From an uncultured Caldithrix sp. (GTDB taxonomy: Bacteria > Electryoneota > AABM5-125-24 > Hatepunaeales > Hatepunaeaceae), in assembly GCA_964355675.1 (NCBI GenBank), contig CAYHEC010000006.1, positions 1 to 64,000 of the forward strand: a stretch of DNA of 64,000 nt, given 5' to 3'. Under the pieces are notes generated by a model that ran no database searches, was not told the origin of the DNA, and saw only the letters and a program-made list of their open reading frames with translations. The position numbers and the translations under genes are program-made. Numbering within the stretch: position 1 is the stretch's first letter; every line of letters starts with the position of its first letter. Below, in pieces: positions 24,321 to 32,258 of this stretch.

Positions 24321-25584
24321 TCAATCGAGCGAATAGCGGTGGTATCGCATTCCCGACCTGTGTGTAGCGAGGAGTCTCTAACGCACGCCGATGTCCGCCA
24401 GTAGTATAAGGTCCTTTGAACTCAAACCAATCGGGAAAGGTCTGTAGTCGGGCGCACTCTCGGACGGTTAGTACTCGGGCTTCTGAGTAATGGATATTAT
24501 CGTCCGGTATCGTTGTTATAGTAGGAGCGGTTTGATCAGCGTTAAGCACCACAACGCTCCGCTTCATTAAGCCAAATTGTTCTCGATCTGTCCCCTCTAT
24601 CCTTTTATCTCTGACAGCATGAGACAGGAGTTTTTCAAATACACCTCTGTTCGCAACGGTATGGTTCACAAAACGATGACTATCGGGGATGTGTTGTTCT
24701 TGAATGTTTCTCATGTACTTCTGAACAGGAGTGCATGAATCCGCCGTTATGCCGGATTTGAACCCTCTTGAATCAGGGCATTGTGTGGATCCGTGTTGCT
24801 GTTCCAGGTCGGAGATCGCCGATTGAACGCTATTGAGGCTTGGTAACCCAAGTGTTGACAGTCGTTCAAACCTTGTTGCTTTTAAGTCATCAAAGATGGC
24901 GTTTGCGAGGTTCTCGCGTGTTGCTACTGCAATAAAGCGAACTCTGCGTTGTGGAACACCGTATTGCGACATGTCTATGAGTTCGCCTTGCGCGTCGCTA
25001 TAGCCCAATTCCTTCAGTCTATCAATGACCACTTTAGAATATGCTACGCCAGATTCAGCATTGGCCTTAAAACGCTTTGTGAAGCCGCGAACGTTCTCAA
25101 AAATGATGCAGCGAGGTTGGACTAACTCAACGAATTCCAAGTATGAATGTACAAGACGATTGCGACTGTCGCCTTCTCGTCTTCGCCCAGCAGTTGAGAA
25201 TCCTTGACAGGGTGGTCCGCCAGCTACAAGATCGACTTGCCCACAAAGCCCCTTTAGTTCATCAACCTTCTCGATGAGCAAATCCTGTATATCCCAATTT
25301 GTGACGGATAACCAATCTGGCCACTCGTAATGAGTGTGCTTATCGATCAGGTTTGTTCGAAGCGTCAAAAACGCCGATTGGCTGCGTTCAACAGCAAAAA
25401 GCCCTCTCCACCCAGATTGGTGAAGACCGGTACTCAAGCCGCCACAGCCAGCAAACAAATCGATTACTGTGAGTTCGCTATGTTCGTTCTCTTTTATCAA
25501 AATTCCTTTATTATTTGAAGGGCGAGCAAAGACGGGCTCGGTAAACCGGCCCCTACGCGACAGGGTGCGGACACCCTGTCGCAC
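24283..25584 (-). CDS. dcm: DNA (cytosine-5)-methyltransferase (gene 1); true start is probably the TTG at 25500
   Basis: Motif I DLFAGCGG (nt 25438-25455), motif IV GGPPCQGFS (PCQ 25204-25212), IIFENVRGF, VPQRRVRFIAV, TVRECARLQTFPD. The first 28 codons of the long ORF are encoded by repeat elements. Confidence 0.9.
   Translation of the reverse strand: MRQGVRTLSRRGRFTEPVFARPSNNKGILIKENEHSELTVIDLFAGCGGLSTGLHQSGWRGLFAVERSQSAFLTLRTNLIDKHTHYEWPDWLSVTNWDIQDLLIEKVDELKGLCGQVDLVAGGPPCQGFSTAGRRREGDSRNRLVHSYLEFVELVQPRCIIFENVRGFTKRFKANAESGVAYSKVVIDRLKELGYSDAQGELIDMSQYGVPQRRVRFIAVATRENLANAIFDDLKATRFERLSTLGLPSLNSVQSAISDLEQQHGSTQCPDSRGFKSGITADSCTPVQKYMRNIQEQHIPDSHRFVNHTVANRGVFEKLLSHAVRDKRIEGTDREQFGLMKRSVVVLNADQTAPTITTIPDDNIHYSEARVLTVRECARLQTFPDWFEFKGPYTTGGHRRALETPRYTQVGNAIPPLFARLIGMSIKKVLSDA
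25531..25582. repeat. Reverse copy of the CGCGTAGGGGCC-GTTTAC(C)GAGCCCGTC element (25531-25559) plus hairpin GCGACAGGGTG-CGGA-CACCCTGTCGC (25557-25582)
   Basis: Read directly: 11-bp perfect stem. Family members at 1867-1890, 29549-29578, 44611-44634 and 44660-44684. Confidence 0.85.
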
Positions 25585-25591
25585 AAGAAAA

Positions 25592-25670
25592 TCACAGATC
25601 GATCACGCCCGTAGCCCCTATCCGATAAGTCTTTTCAGCCTTCTGTGACTCAGTGATCGATTTTTGACCC
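25592..25670. repeat. Second copy of the GATCGATCAC...GTGACTCNGTGATCGATTTTT element
   Basis: Arms at 25597-25606 and 25653-25661, followed by a T-tract. The flanks match 7652-7669 and 7703-7732. Confidence 0.75.
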
Positions 25671-25673
25671 CTC

Positions 25674-26450
25674 CTACCTCGCAAACTTCTTCACCCAGCC
25701 GAAGTACTGCGTAAAGAACGTCATAGTATCATAAACAATCCGCGAATTGTAGATGTAGAACCACAAACCCGACGTTGTGACCAACTTATAGAACAAAATC
25801 CCGCAGAGGAAGATCGTTCCAATGAAAATCGCGCCGATCCTGTTGAAATACTTGACTCTACCGATCCGCATCTCTTCCATGTAGTAGCGGATTCGTTTAT
25901 CGTTCAGGTGATCTTCGGTCAAAAATATCCCCATAATCGACCACGCCAAACCAACCATCACCCCCACGATAATCGTCAGTGACGGCATCCACTCGATTAT
26001 ATTCGGGTAGCTTATTTGCCAATAAACAGTCAACCCCATCCCCAAGAAGACCATTATGTTAGTGAATTTACGGAAGTTGCGCAAGTAGGCCGGCAATTTG
26101 AAGATGAATTTATTGCGCGCGGCTGTAGCTTCGACGTTTGCCTTGGCGATGTACTCGATTATCTGCCCGCCGAACCAGGAAAAAAACAAGAAACGAAATT
26201 GATGATCACCGATGTAGTCGAACAGCCGCCCGGTGCCGAAAATCTGTTCGAAAAATGCTACAATCACAACGGTTAGCATATATACCAACGACCAGAAAAT
26301 GTAGCCCTTGTCTTCGGCGAACAAGATCGTCGTGTCGCGGACCTGATCCCAAGTCGGCACTTTTTTAAGCGCCTCTCCGCAAGCGGGGCAGGTTTTCTCG
26401 CGGAAGAAGTTATAGGCGGAAATCGATCCCTTACAGTTCGGACAATGCAT
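25674..26450 (-). CDS. Membrane protein with an N-terminal zinc-ribbon (CPNC...CPAC) and ~6 TM helices
   Basis: MHCPNCKGSISAYNFFREKTCPACGE is followed by multiple hydrophobic helices. Function unknown. Confidence 0.5.
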   Translation of the reverse strand: MHCPNCKGSISAYNFFREKTCPACGEALKKVPTWDQVRDTTILFAEDKGYIFWSLVYMLTVVIVAFFEQIFGTGRLFDYIGDHQFRFLFFSWFGGQIIEYIAKANVEATAARNKFIFKLPAYLRNFRKFTNIMVFLGMGLTVYWQISYPNIIEWMPSLTIIVGVMVGLAWSIMGIFLTEDHLNDKRIRYYMEEMRIGRVKYFNRIGAIFIGTIFLCGILFYKLVTTSGLWFYIYNSRIVYDTMTFFTQYFGWVKKFAR

Positions 26451-26701
26451 GGCGTGGCTCGTGGTTGAAGAGGAGAATTAATTCCAAACGGCGAGATTCG
26501 CCGTGAATAATGTATGTAAACAAAAATACCGCGTAAATCAAGCGATTTGAGGAAGTATTTGTGACTTTGGTCACTGAGGAGATGTCGGAAGGGCTGAAAC
26601 CGGAGCGCGCATGCTTACTCGCGTATGGTGGCAGACGTCTTCTCTGTCGCCAAATATTTTTATTTCGCCCCAAAATAAACTCCCGATTCGACCAAAAAGA
26701 C

Positions 26702-26756
26702 TTGACAAGTGATTTTTTTTTTTGCACATATTAGAGTCGGCTCGTCTGAAGCCGAC
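26702..26756 (+). promoter_or_regulatory. Putative promoter: TTGACA (26702-26707), a spacer containing a T11 homopolymer (26713-26723), CATATT (26727-32); followed by a 5'-UTR hairpin at 26736-26756
   Basis: Read directly. The spacer is 19 nt as it stands. Sigma-70-like assignment is uncertain for this lineage. Confidence 0.3.
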
Positions 26757-27218
26757 CGTCTTCCATTGGAGCGCGTTGGTTTGCGGAGCCAAGATGTTAG
26801 CAATTGGGAGAACGAAATGTCAAACAAATTACGTTTCAGAGCCCTAATCGGGCTGATTGCGGTTATTATGATTGTGGATGGAACGCTACTACCATCAGGA
26901 GAAGCCGTAGCTCAAATCACCCACACAGTCGTCGTAAAGGACCTTATTGACCCTTATCCGGTTGAGGGTCTTGATCAAACTATTCACTTCCACTTTTACT
27001 TCAATAATCAGGAAGTAGATGATGTGGTGCCTGTAGAAACCGATCCAGGAGTCTATGAGGGCGAAACATTCCTTGATGCGCCAGAATATGATTCGTGGAC
27101 GGTCGAAATTGATCCGGACGATGATTTTGATTTTCCATATTTGGATCCAAACCCAACGGCTCACAAGTCATCACTGACTTACCTGTTTAATTGGATAATT
27201 GATGACAATCGCCCTTGA
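26709..27218 (+). CDS. Small secreted acidic protein; likely start is the ATG at 26817
   Basis: MSNKLRFRALIGLIAVIMIVDG is signal-like, followed by an Asp/Pro-rich domain. No family recognised. Confidence 0.4.
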   Translation: MIFFFAHIRVGSSEADRLPLERVGLRSQDVSNWENEMSNKLRFRALIGLIAVIMIVDGTLLPSGEAVAQITHTVVVKDLIDPYPVEGLDQTIHFHFYFNNQEVDDVVPVETDPGVYEGETFLDAPEYDSWTVEIDPDDDFDFPYLDPNPTAHKSSLTYLFNWIIDDNRP

Positions 27219-29523
27219 CCAAGGCGGATTAAAGAAAGTTTGGCGGGGAGGCGCAAGTTTCCCCGCCATTATTCTTAACAGCCTCATTTCGACATTCAAT
27301 TTCTTGAGATTTAAAATTATTATTTTACTCTTTTTGCCATTCGTTTTCTTTGAGCCTTCCTTTGCTCAACCAAGAATCGAGTGGCTTCGCACCTACAATG
27401 GCCCCCTCGACAGAGGTGGCGTTCTGTATGATGTATTTGCCACAGAAGAGGGAGGTTTTGCAATGACCGGCTCGGTCAGCGGAGATGAGCGCTATTGCTG
27501 GCTACTGGTGACAAATCGCGACGGTGGGGTGATTCATCAGAGCTCACATCCTCGGGCTTTCGAAAATCCGATTTGTGAAGGTAAAACTATAATACAGGAT
27601 GTCGCGGGAGGATATCTTATCGGTGGAAGTTTGAGGAGCCGCGACCTAACTCCGGCACGATTTGGTCTAATTCGAACTGACGAGGAGGGGGAGCTGATAT
27701 GGTGGCGAGAATATGCTATAGGAATGTGTTATGCAGTGATTGAAGAGAAAGCGGGTAATTTCATCGCTTGCGGAATCGGTCGAATCGGCCAAGCCTCAGG
27801 AGCATTCGTGGTCAAGTGCGACGTCGATGGAGATACGATATGGACTAAACTGTTTGAGAATGAGACCTATTTTAAAGGCTTACGCGAGACTGAAGATGGA
27901 ATTATTCTGGTGGGATTGGGGCAGGCTCAGACACTTATCTGTCGTCTTGATGAGGATGGGGGGCTTATTGATATGCAACGCCATGGACAGGGAGTTCTCT
28001 ACTCGTTAGTGTCCTGTCCTGCTGGTTTTTTAGCCTCAGGATCTGACGCTGGCAATGTTTTGGCAATGAGGCTTGCTGAAAATGGGAATCTGAGATGGAG
28101 ACGAGTGTACGATATTTCTGGTATTGCCTACGGCGTTGCTCGGATGCCCGATGAAGGCTTCATTCTCTGTATTGCCTCCTCTGGACACCGATTGCTCCGC
28201 ATCGACCGTGGAGGGAATGAAATGTGGAGGCGCTATGATGATGATATCAGGGGTAACGGCTGGCAGTCTATAGTGACGAATGTTGATGGTGCTGCTTATG
28301 TAGTTGGCGATTTTAATGGCAGTCAAGGATGCTTAATGAAAGTCCAGCCCGATGTCAGCCCTCCGGTCATTATTGATTGGACTCCTTCCCAATCTGAATT
28401 GAAAGTACTTCTCGGTGACTCAATAGATTTTGCAATTGTCGCTGAAGATATTCAGGATGATTCATTATGGTTTCGTTGGAGCCATAATCGTGATGATCTT
28501 GGGGTCGAAAATGATCACACTACTCTCGATTTTGATGAGTTGGGGTTGGATACGGTCAAATGCTCTGTGTTTGATAGTTCCGGCTCCGATCTGGCGGAAT
28601 GGCACGTCACCGTCACTGACCTCTACATCCAATCCTTCACCCCCGACACGCTCAACCTCACCATCCGCCGTGGCAACTCCGTTGACTTTGCCATCGATTC
28701 CGTTGCCGCCGTCGGCGGTAACGACGACATGCAGTACCTCTGGACAAAGACCAATCTTGATAATCAGGGAGAACCGGAGCGCTCGGGCGAGGACGCCCAA
28801 GCTACCATCCCCTTCCTCCAATCGGGGAACTTCGCTGTCGAGGGACTGGCTTACCGCGAGCAATCGAGCGACGCGGTCGTCTGGAATGTAGCAGTGAGTG
28901 GAGCAATCTGGAGCTTTGCACCGGAAGACATTACGCTTGAAGTCTTGCCCGACAGCCTCGTGAGGTTTGAGGTTTTTCCAAATGATCCCGATTCAGTCGG
29001 GTGGTCGATTGCGTGGCTTGTCGATGGGGAGGTTGCGCGGGAGGGTGAGACGACGCTGGAGTGGCGGTTCTTCGGTGAGGCGGACAGCTGTCCGCCTCAC
29101 CTCGTGCAGGTCGTTGTGGCTGATTCGGTTGAGGCGGATACCGTGACGTGGGAGGTGGTGGCAAGAGAGTTAGGGGTTGGGGATGAAGAGGCTGGCAGGC
29201 CGGGACGTCCTGCCCTACTGGATGTTTCGCCGAATCCGTTCAATTCAATGCTGACGATAAAGTACACGACGGGCTCGGCGGCCCGTCCTACGCGGCTTGC
29301 CATCTACGACGTCTCCGGGCGGGAGGTTGTCAGGCTGGTGGATGGTGGTTCTTCCGTCAACCCCCCGTGGTTGACGGGAAGGAACTCTGCCGACCGCAGG
29401 GGGTCGGCAGAAGAAACGAGTAGCGCCACCTGGAACGCCTCTCCTTTCCCTGCTGGAGTCTATCTCGTTCGTCTCCAAACCGGACAAGAGGTTTCGACCA
29501 AGAAGGTTGTTTTGATCCGGTAG
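27199..29523 (+). CDS. Large secreted repeat protein (beta-propeller-like and Ig-like repeats) with a T9SS C-terminal domain carrying an in-frame hairpin-repeat insertion
   Basis: C-terminal LLDVSPNPFNSMLTIKYT...LAIYDVSGREVVRLVDG[GSSVNPPWLTGRNSADRRGSAEETSS]ATWNASPFPAGVYLVRLQTGQEVSTKKVVLIR. The stop TAG is the start of a 28-nt palindrome. Confidence 0.65.
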   Translation: MMTIALDQGGLKKVWRGGASFPAIILNSLISTFNFLRFKIIILLFLPFVFFEPSFAQPRIEWLRTYNGPLDRGGVLYDVFATEEGGFAMTGSVSGDERYCWLLVTNRDGGVIHQSSHPRAFENPICEGKTIIQDVAGGYLIGGSLRSRDLTPARFGLIRTDEEGELIWWREYAIGMCYAVIEEKAGNFIACGIGRIGQASGAFVVKCDVDGDTIWTKLFENETYFKGLRETEDGIILVGLGQAQTLICRLDEDGGLIDMQRHGQGVLYSLVSCPAGFLASGSDAGNVLAMRLAENGNLRWRRVYDISGIAYGVARMPDEGFILCIASSGHRLLRIDRGGNEMWRRYDDDIRGNGWQSIVTNVDGAAYVVGDFNGSQGCLMKVQPDVSPPVIIDWTPSQSELKVLLGDSIDFAIVAEDIQDDSLWFRWSHNRDDLGVENDHTTLDFDELGLDTVKCSVFDSSGSDLAEWHVTVTDLYIQSFTPDTLNLTIRRGNSVDFAIDSVAAVGGNDDMQYLWTKTNLDNQGEPERSGEDAQATIPFLQSGNFAVEGLAYREQSSDAVVWNVAVSGAIWSFAPEDITLEVLPDSLVRFEVFPNDPDSVGWSIAWLVDGEVAREGETTLEWRFFGEADSCPPHLVQVVVADSVEADTVTWEVVARELGVGDEEAGRPGRPALLDVSPNPFNSMLTIKYTTGSAARPTRLAIYDVSGREVVRLVDGGSSVNPPWLTGRNSADRRGSAEETSSATWNASPFPAGVYLVRLQTGQEVSTKKVVLIR

Positions 29524-29578
29524 GGGCGCAAGGCCTTGCGCCCCTACATTGCCGCAGGGTGCGGACACCCTGCGGCAA
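29520..29578. repeat. Perfect 28-nt palindrome GTAGGGGCGCAAGG|CCTTGCGCCCCTAC (29520-29547), then a 13-bp-stem hairpin TTGCCGCAGGGTG-CGGA-CACCCTGCGGCAA (29549-29578)
   Basis: Read directly. Confidence 0.9.
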
Positions 29579-29624
29579 AATGGACACCCTGCGACACCGA
29601 AAGGGCGGGGTTTTAACCCGCCCT

Positions 29625-29662
29625 CCAAGAGAAAAAGAGCCGCCCCGTCTTGGAGCGGCTCT
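29625..29662 (-). terminator. Rho-independent terminator of the nfnAB-like gene
   Basis: On the minus strand: AGAGCCGC-11 nt loop-GCGGCTCT (29636-29662) followed by TTTTTCTCTT. Confidence 0.6.
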
Positions 29663-29700
29663 GTCTCTCTCTTCTCTCAACTCTCTCACTCTCAACCTGC

Positions 29701-32082
29701 CTAAGCTTCCGCCCAAACGCCCTCGGTCAAATACTTGTGCATCGAACCAGCTGATTTTTTCCCGTCGCCCATCGCCAGAATGACCGTCGCCGCACCGCGA
29801 GTTATGTCACCTCCTGCCCAGACGCCTTTAATGGAAGTTCTTCCAAAATCATCAGCTACGATGTTCCCCCACTTGTTCAGCTTCAAATCAGGGCAAGTCG
29901 AAGTGAGTAGCGGGTTGGCGCGCGTTCCGACTGCAACGATTAATATATCGCAAGGGACGATAAAATCTGAACCCTCTATTGGAACCGGTCTCCGGCGACC
30001 CGAAGCATCAGGCTCACCCAACGCCATCCTCTGACATTTCATGCCACTCACCCAACCCTTGTCGTCACTTAGCACCTCAATCGGAGCGACCAGCATCTCG
30101 AAGAGAATTCCTTCTTCGGCGGCGTGATCGACCTCTTCAACTCTTGCTGGCATCTCTGCTCGTGAACGTCGATAGACAATGGTTGAGTTCTCTGCCCCGA
30201 GCCTTTTTGCAGTCCGCACCGCATCCATAGCAACATTCCCCCCACCGACAACGGCGACGTTATTAGCCTTCAAGACCGGTGTATCGGTTACAGGGAAGCT
30301 GAACGCCGTCATAAGATTAACACGGGTCAGGTATTCGTTGGCAGAGTAAACGCCTTTGAGATTTTCACCAGCAACTCCCATGAAAACCGGCAAACCGGCT
30401 CCGTTTGCAACAAAAACCGCGTCAAATTTCTCGATGAGTTCGTTCAGTGTATAGGTCTTGCCGATAACAGCATTGAATTCTATTTTTACGCCCTGCCTGA
30501 TTAGCCGATCAACTTCGTCCTGAACGATGGCTTTCGGGAGCCTGAATTCTGGAATGCCATATACTAAAACGCCTCCCGGTTTGTGGAACGCTTCGTAGAT
30601 GGTAATGTCGTGCCCAAGCTTGACGAGTTCACCAGCCGCTGTTAATCCTGCGGGACCTGAGCCAACAATAGCGACCTTCTTACCTGTCGAAACAGGGGTA
30701 TTAGGGACAAGCAACTCTTCATGACTTCTCGCCCAGTCGGCTATATAACGTTCCAGGTAACCGATGGCTACGGGGGCTCCCTTGATCCCGCGAATACAGA
30801 GCGCTTCACATTGCGTCTCCTGAGGGCAGACCCGGCCAGTGACAGCGGGCAGTGAATTATCACGCATGAGCACTTTGGCGGCAGATTCAAGATCGCCTTC
30901 AGTGATGTGCTTGATGAACAATGGAATATCAATAAAAACGGGACAGCCGGGAATGCACTGTTTCTCTTTGCATTGAATGCAACGTTGTGCTTCGAGAAGA
31001 GCAAGTCTGGCGTCAAAACCAAGATTAACTTCAGTAAAGTTCGCTCGACGCAACTCCGATTCCTGTTCGGGCATCTTTTGACGAACAATCTTCATCTTTT
31101 CTTTGTTCGAGACAGGGGTTCCGTAGGTTAAAACATCATCGGAAACCCAATTAGAAAACAACGCATGTTCTGTGAAATCAGTAGTGACAAGTTCAGCGCC
31201 AAGTCCGACGAGACAACCTTTTTCAAAGTGTTGTAACGCCTCACGTTCATAGGTTTGATAGGAAGTGAGTCGTTCTGATAATTCATTAAAATCGACCTTA
31301 TGTCCATCAAATTCCGGTCCATCGACGCAGGCGAACATGGTTTTACCACCTACTGACACCCGGCACCCTCCACACATACCGGTTCCGTCGATCATAACCG
31401 GATTCAGTGAAACAATTGTGTGAACCTTCATGGGTTCTGTCAACTTCGCCACGTTCATCATCATAGGGACAGGTCCTACTGCATATACGGCGTCGATTTT
31501 CGCATTGTCAAGAACCTCCCTAAGCGCTGTTGTAACAAAACCTTTGACTCCGTAACTTCCGTCATCGGTACATACGAAAGTCTTGCCGAGGTTCTTTAGC
31601 TCTTCCTCGAAGATGACCCACTCTTTTGAGCGACCACCGATGATGTTGATGACTTCCACGCCCTTGGCACACAGACCCTGAGCGATAGGGTGGACAACTG
31701 CTGTTCCAACGCCACCACCGACGCAGACGGCGCAACCCGACTCAATCAATTCGGTTGGTTTTCCGAGAGGACCAGCAACATCCTGAATCGATTCACCGAC
31801 ATTAAGTGAGGTGAGCTCAATCGTAGATTTTCCAACAGCCTGAATGACCAGTGTAATCGTGCCATTGGCCTTATCACCATCGGCGATAGTTAGGGGAATT
31901 CTCTCAGAGATAGGACCTTTGCGGACAATTACGAACTGTCCGGGCTGACGGATATCTGCAATGCGCGGCGCGAAAACGTCAAGGCGATAAACGTTAGGCG
32001 CAAGTTGCTGTTTATTAGTAATAATATTCATAGTGATAGGTTTGGAACTTTTGATAGAGGACAATTGTTGATAATGATACAA
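29701..32082 (-). CDS. Fused NfnA/NfnB-like oxidoreductase (PyrK-like FAD/NAD-binding domain plus glutamate-synthase small-subunit-like domain); likely start is Met18 at 32031
   Basis: N-terminal half NVYRLDVFAPRIA...GQFVIVR...CVGGGVGTA with a C-terminal Cys cluster (PyrK/sulfide-dehydrogenase-like). C-terminal half has CIQCKEKQCIPGCPV (2x[4Fe-4S]), VAIVGSGPAGLTAA and VVGGGNVAMD (GltD-like). Confidence 0.85.
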   Translation of the reverse strand: MYHYQQLSSIKSSKPITMNIITNKQQLAPNVYRLDVFAPRIADIRQPGQFVIVRKGPISERIPLTIADGDKANGTITLVIQAVGKSTIELTSLNVGESIQDVAGPLGKPTELIESGCAVCVGGGVGTAVVHPIAQGLCAKGVEVINIIGGRSKEWVIFEEELKNLGKTFVCTDDGSYGVKGFVTTALREVLDNAKIDAVYAVGPVPMMMNVAKLTEPMKVHTIVSLNPVMIDGTGMCGGCRVSVGGKTMFACVDGPEFDGHKVDFNELSERLTSYQTYEREALQHFEKGCLVGLGAELVTTDFTEHALFSNWVSDDVLTYGTPVSNKEKMKIVRQKMPEQESELRRANFTEVNLGFDARLALLEAQRCIQCKEKQCIPGCPVFIDIPLFIKHITEGDLESAAKVLMRDNSLPAVTGRVCPQETQCEALCIRGIKGAPVAIGYLERYIADWARSHEELLVPNTPVSTGKKVAIVGSGPAGLTAAGELVKLGHDITIYEAFHKPGGVLVYGIPEFRLPKAIVQDEVDRLIRQGVKIEFNAVIGKTYTLNELIEKFDAVFVANGAGLPVFMGVAGENLKGVYSANEYLTRVNLMTAFSFPVTDTPVLKANNVAVVGGGNVAMDAVRTAKRLGAENSTIVYRRSRAEMPARVEEVDHAAEEGILFEMLVAPIEVLSDDKGWVSGMKCQRMALGEPDASGRRRPVPIEGSDFIVPCDILIVAVGTRANPLLTSTCPDLKLNKWGNIVADDFGRTSIKGVWAGGDITRGAATVILAMGDGKKSAGSMHKYLTEGVWAEA

Positions 32083-32258
32083 TTACTGCGAAGATAGACT
32101 CAGTTGGAACCCTCTCTCAGCAGTTTGCGAGTACGGAACGCGCTCAGACTCGCGGAATGGAGCAATTATTACGCCAAATCAGATTAATTTGACCGAATTG
32201 TGGTTAGCTGTTTTACAATTTGTGAATTCTCTTACAGTCTTGCGAATGGTTACTTGCC

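Noticed and set aside
4358-25672. The whole left region as a single prophage, ICE or genomic island
   Set aside because: There is no integrase, transposase, phage structural gene or tRNA attachment site. Core genes (nuoM, hflKC, a GC-rich secreted enzyme) are interspersed between the accessory modules.
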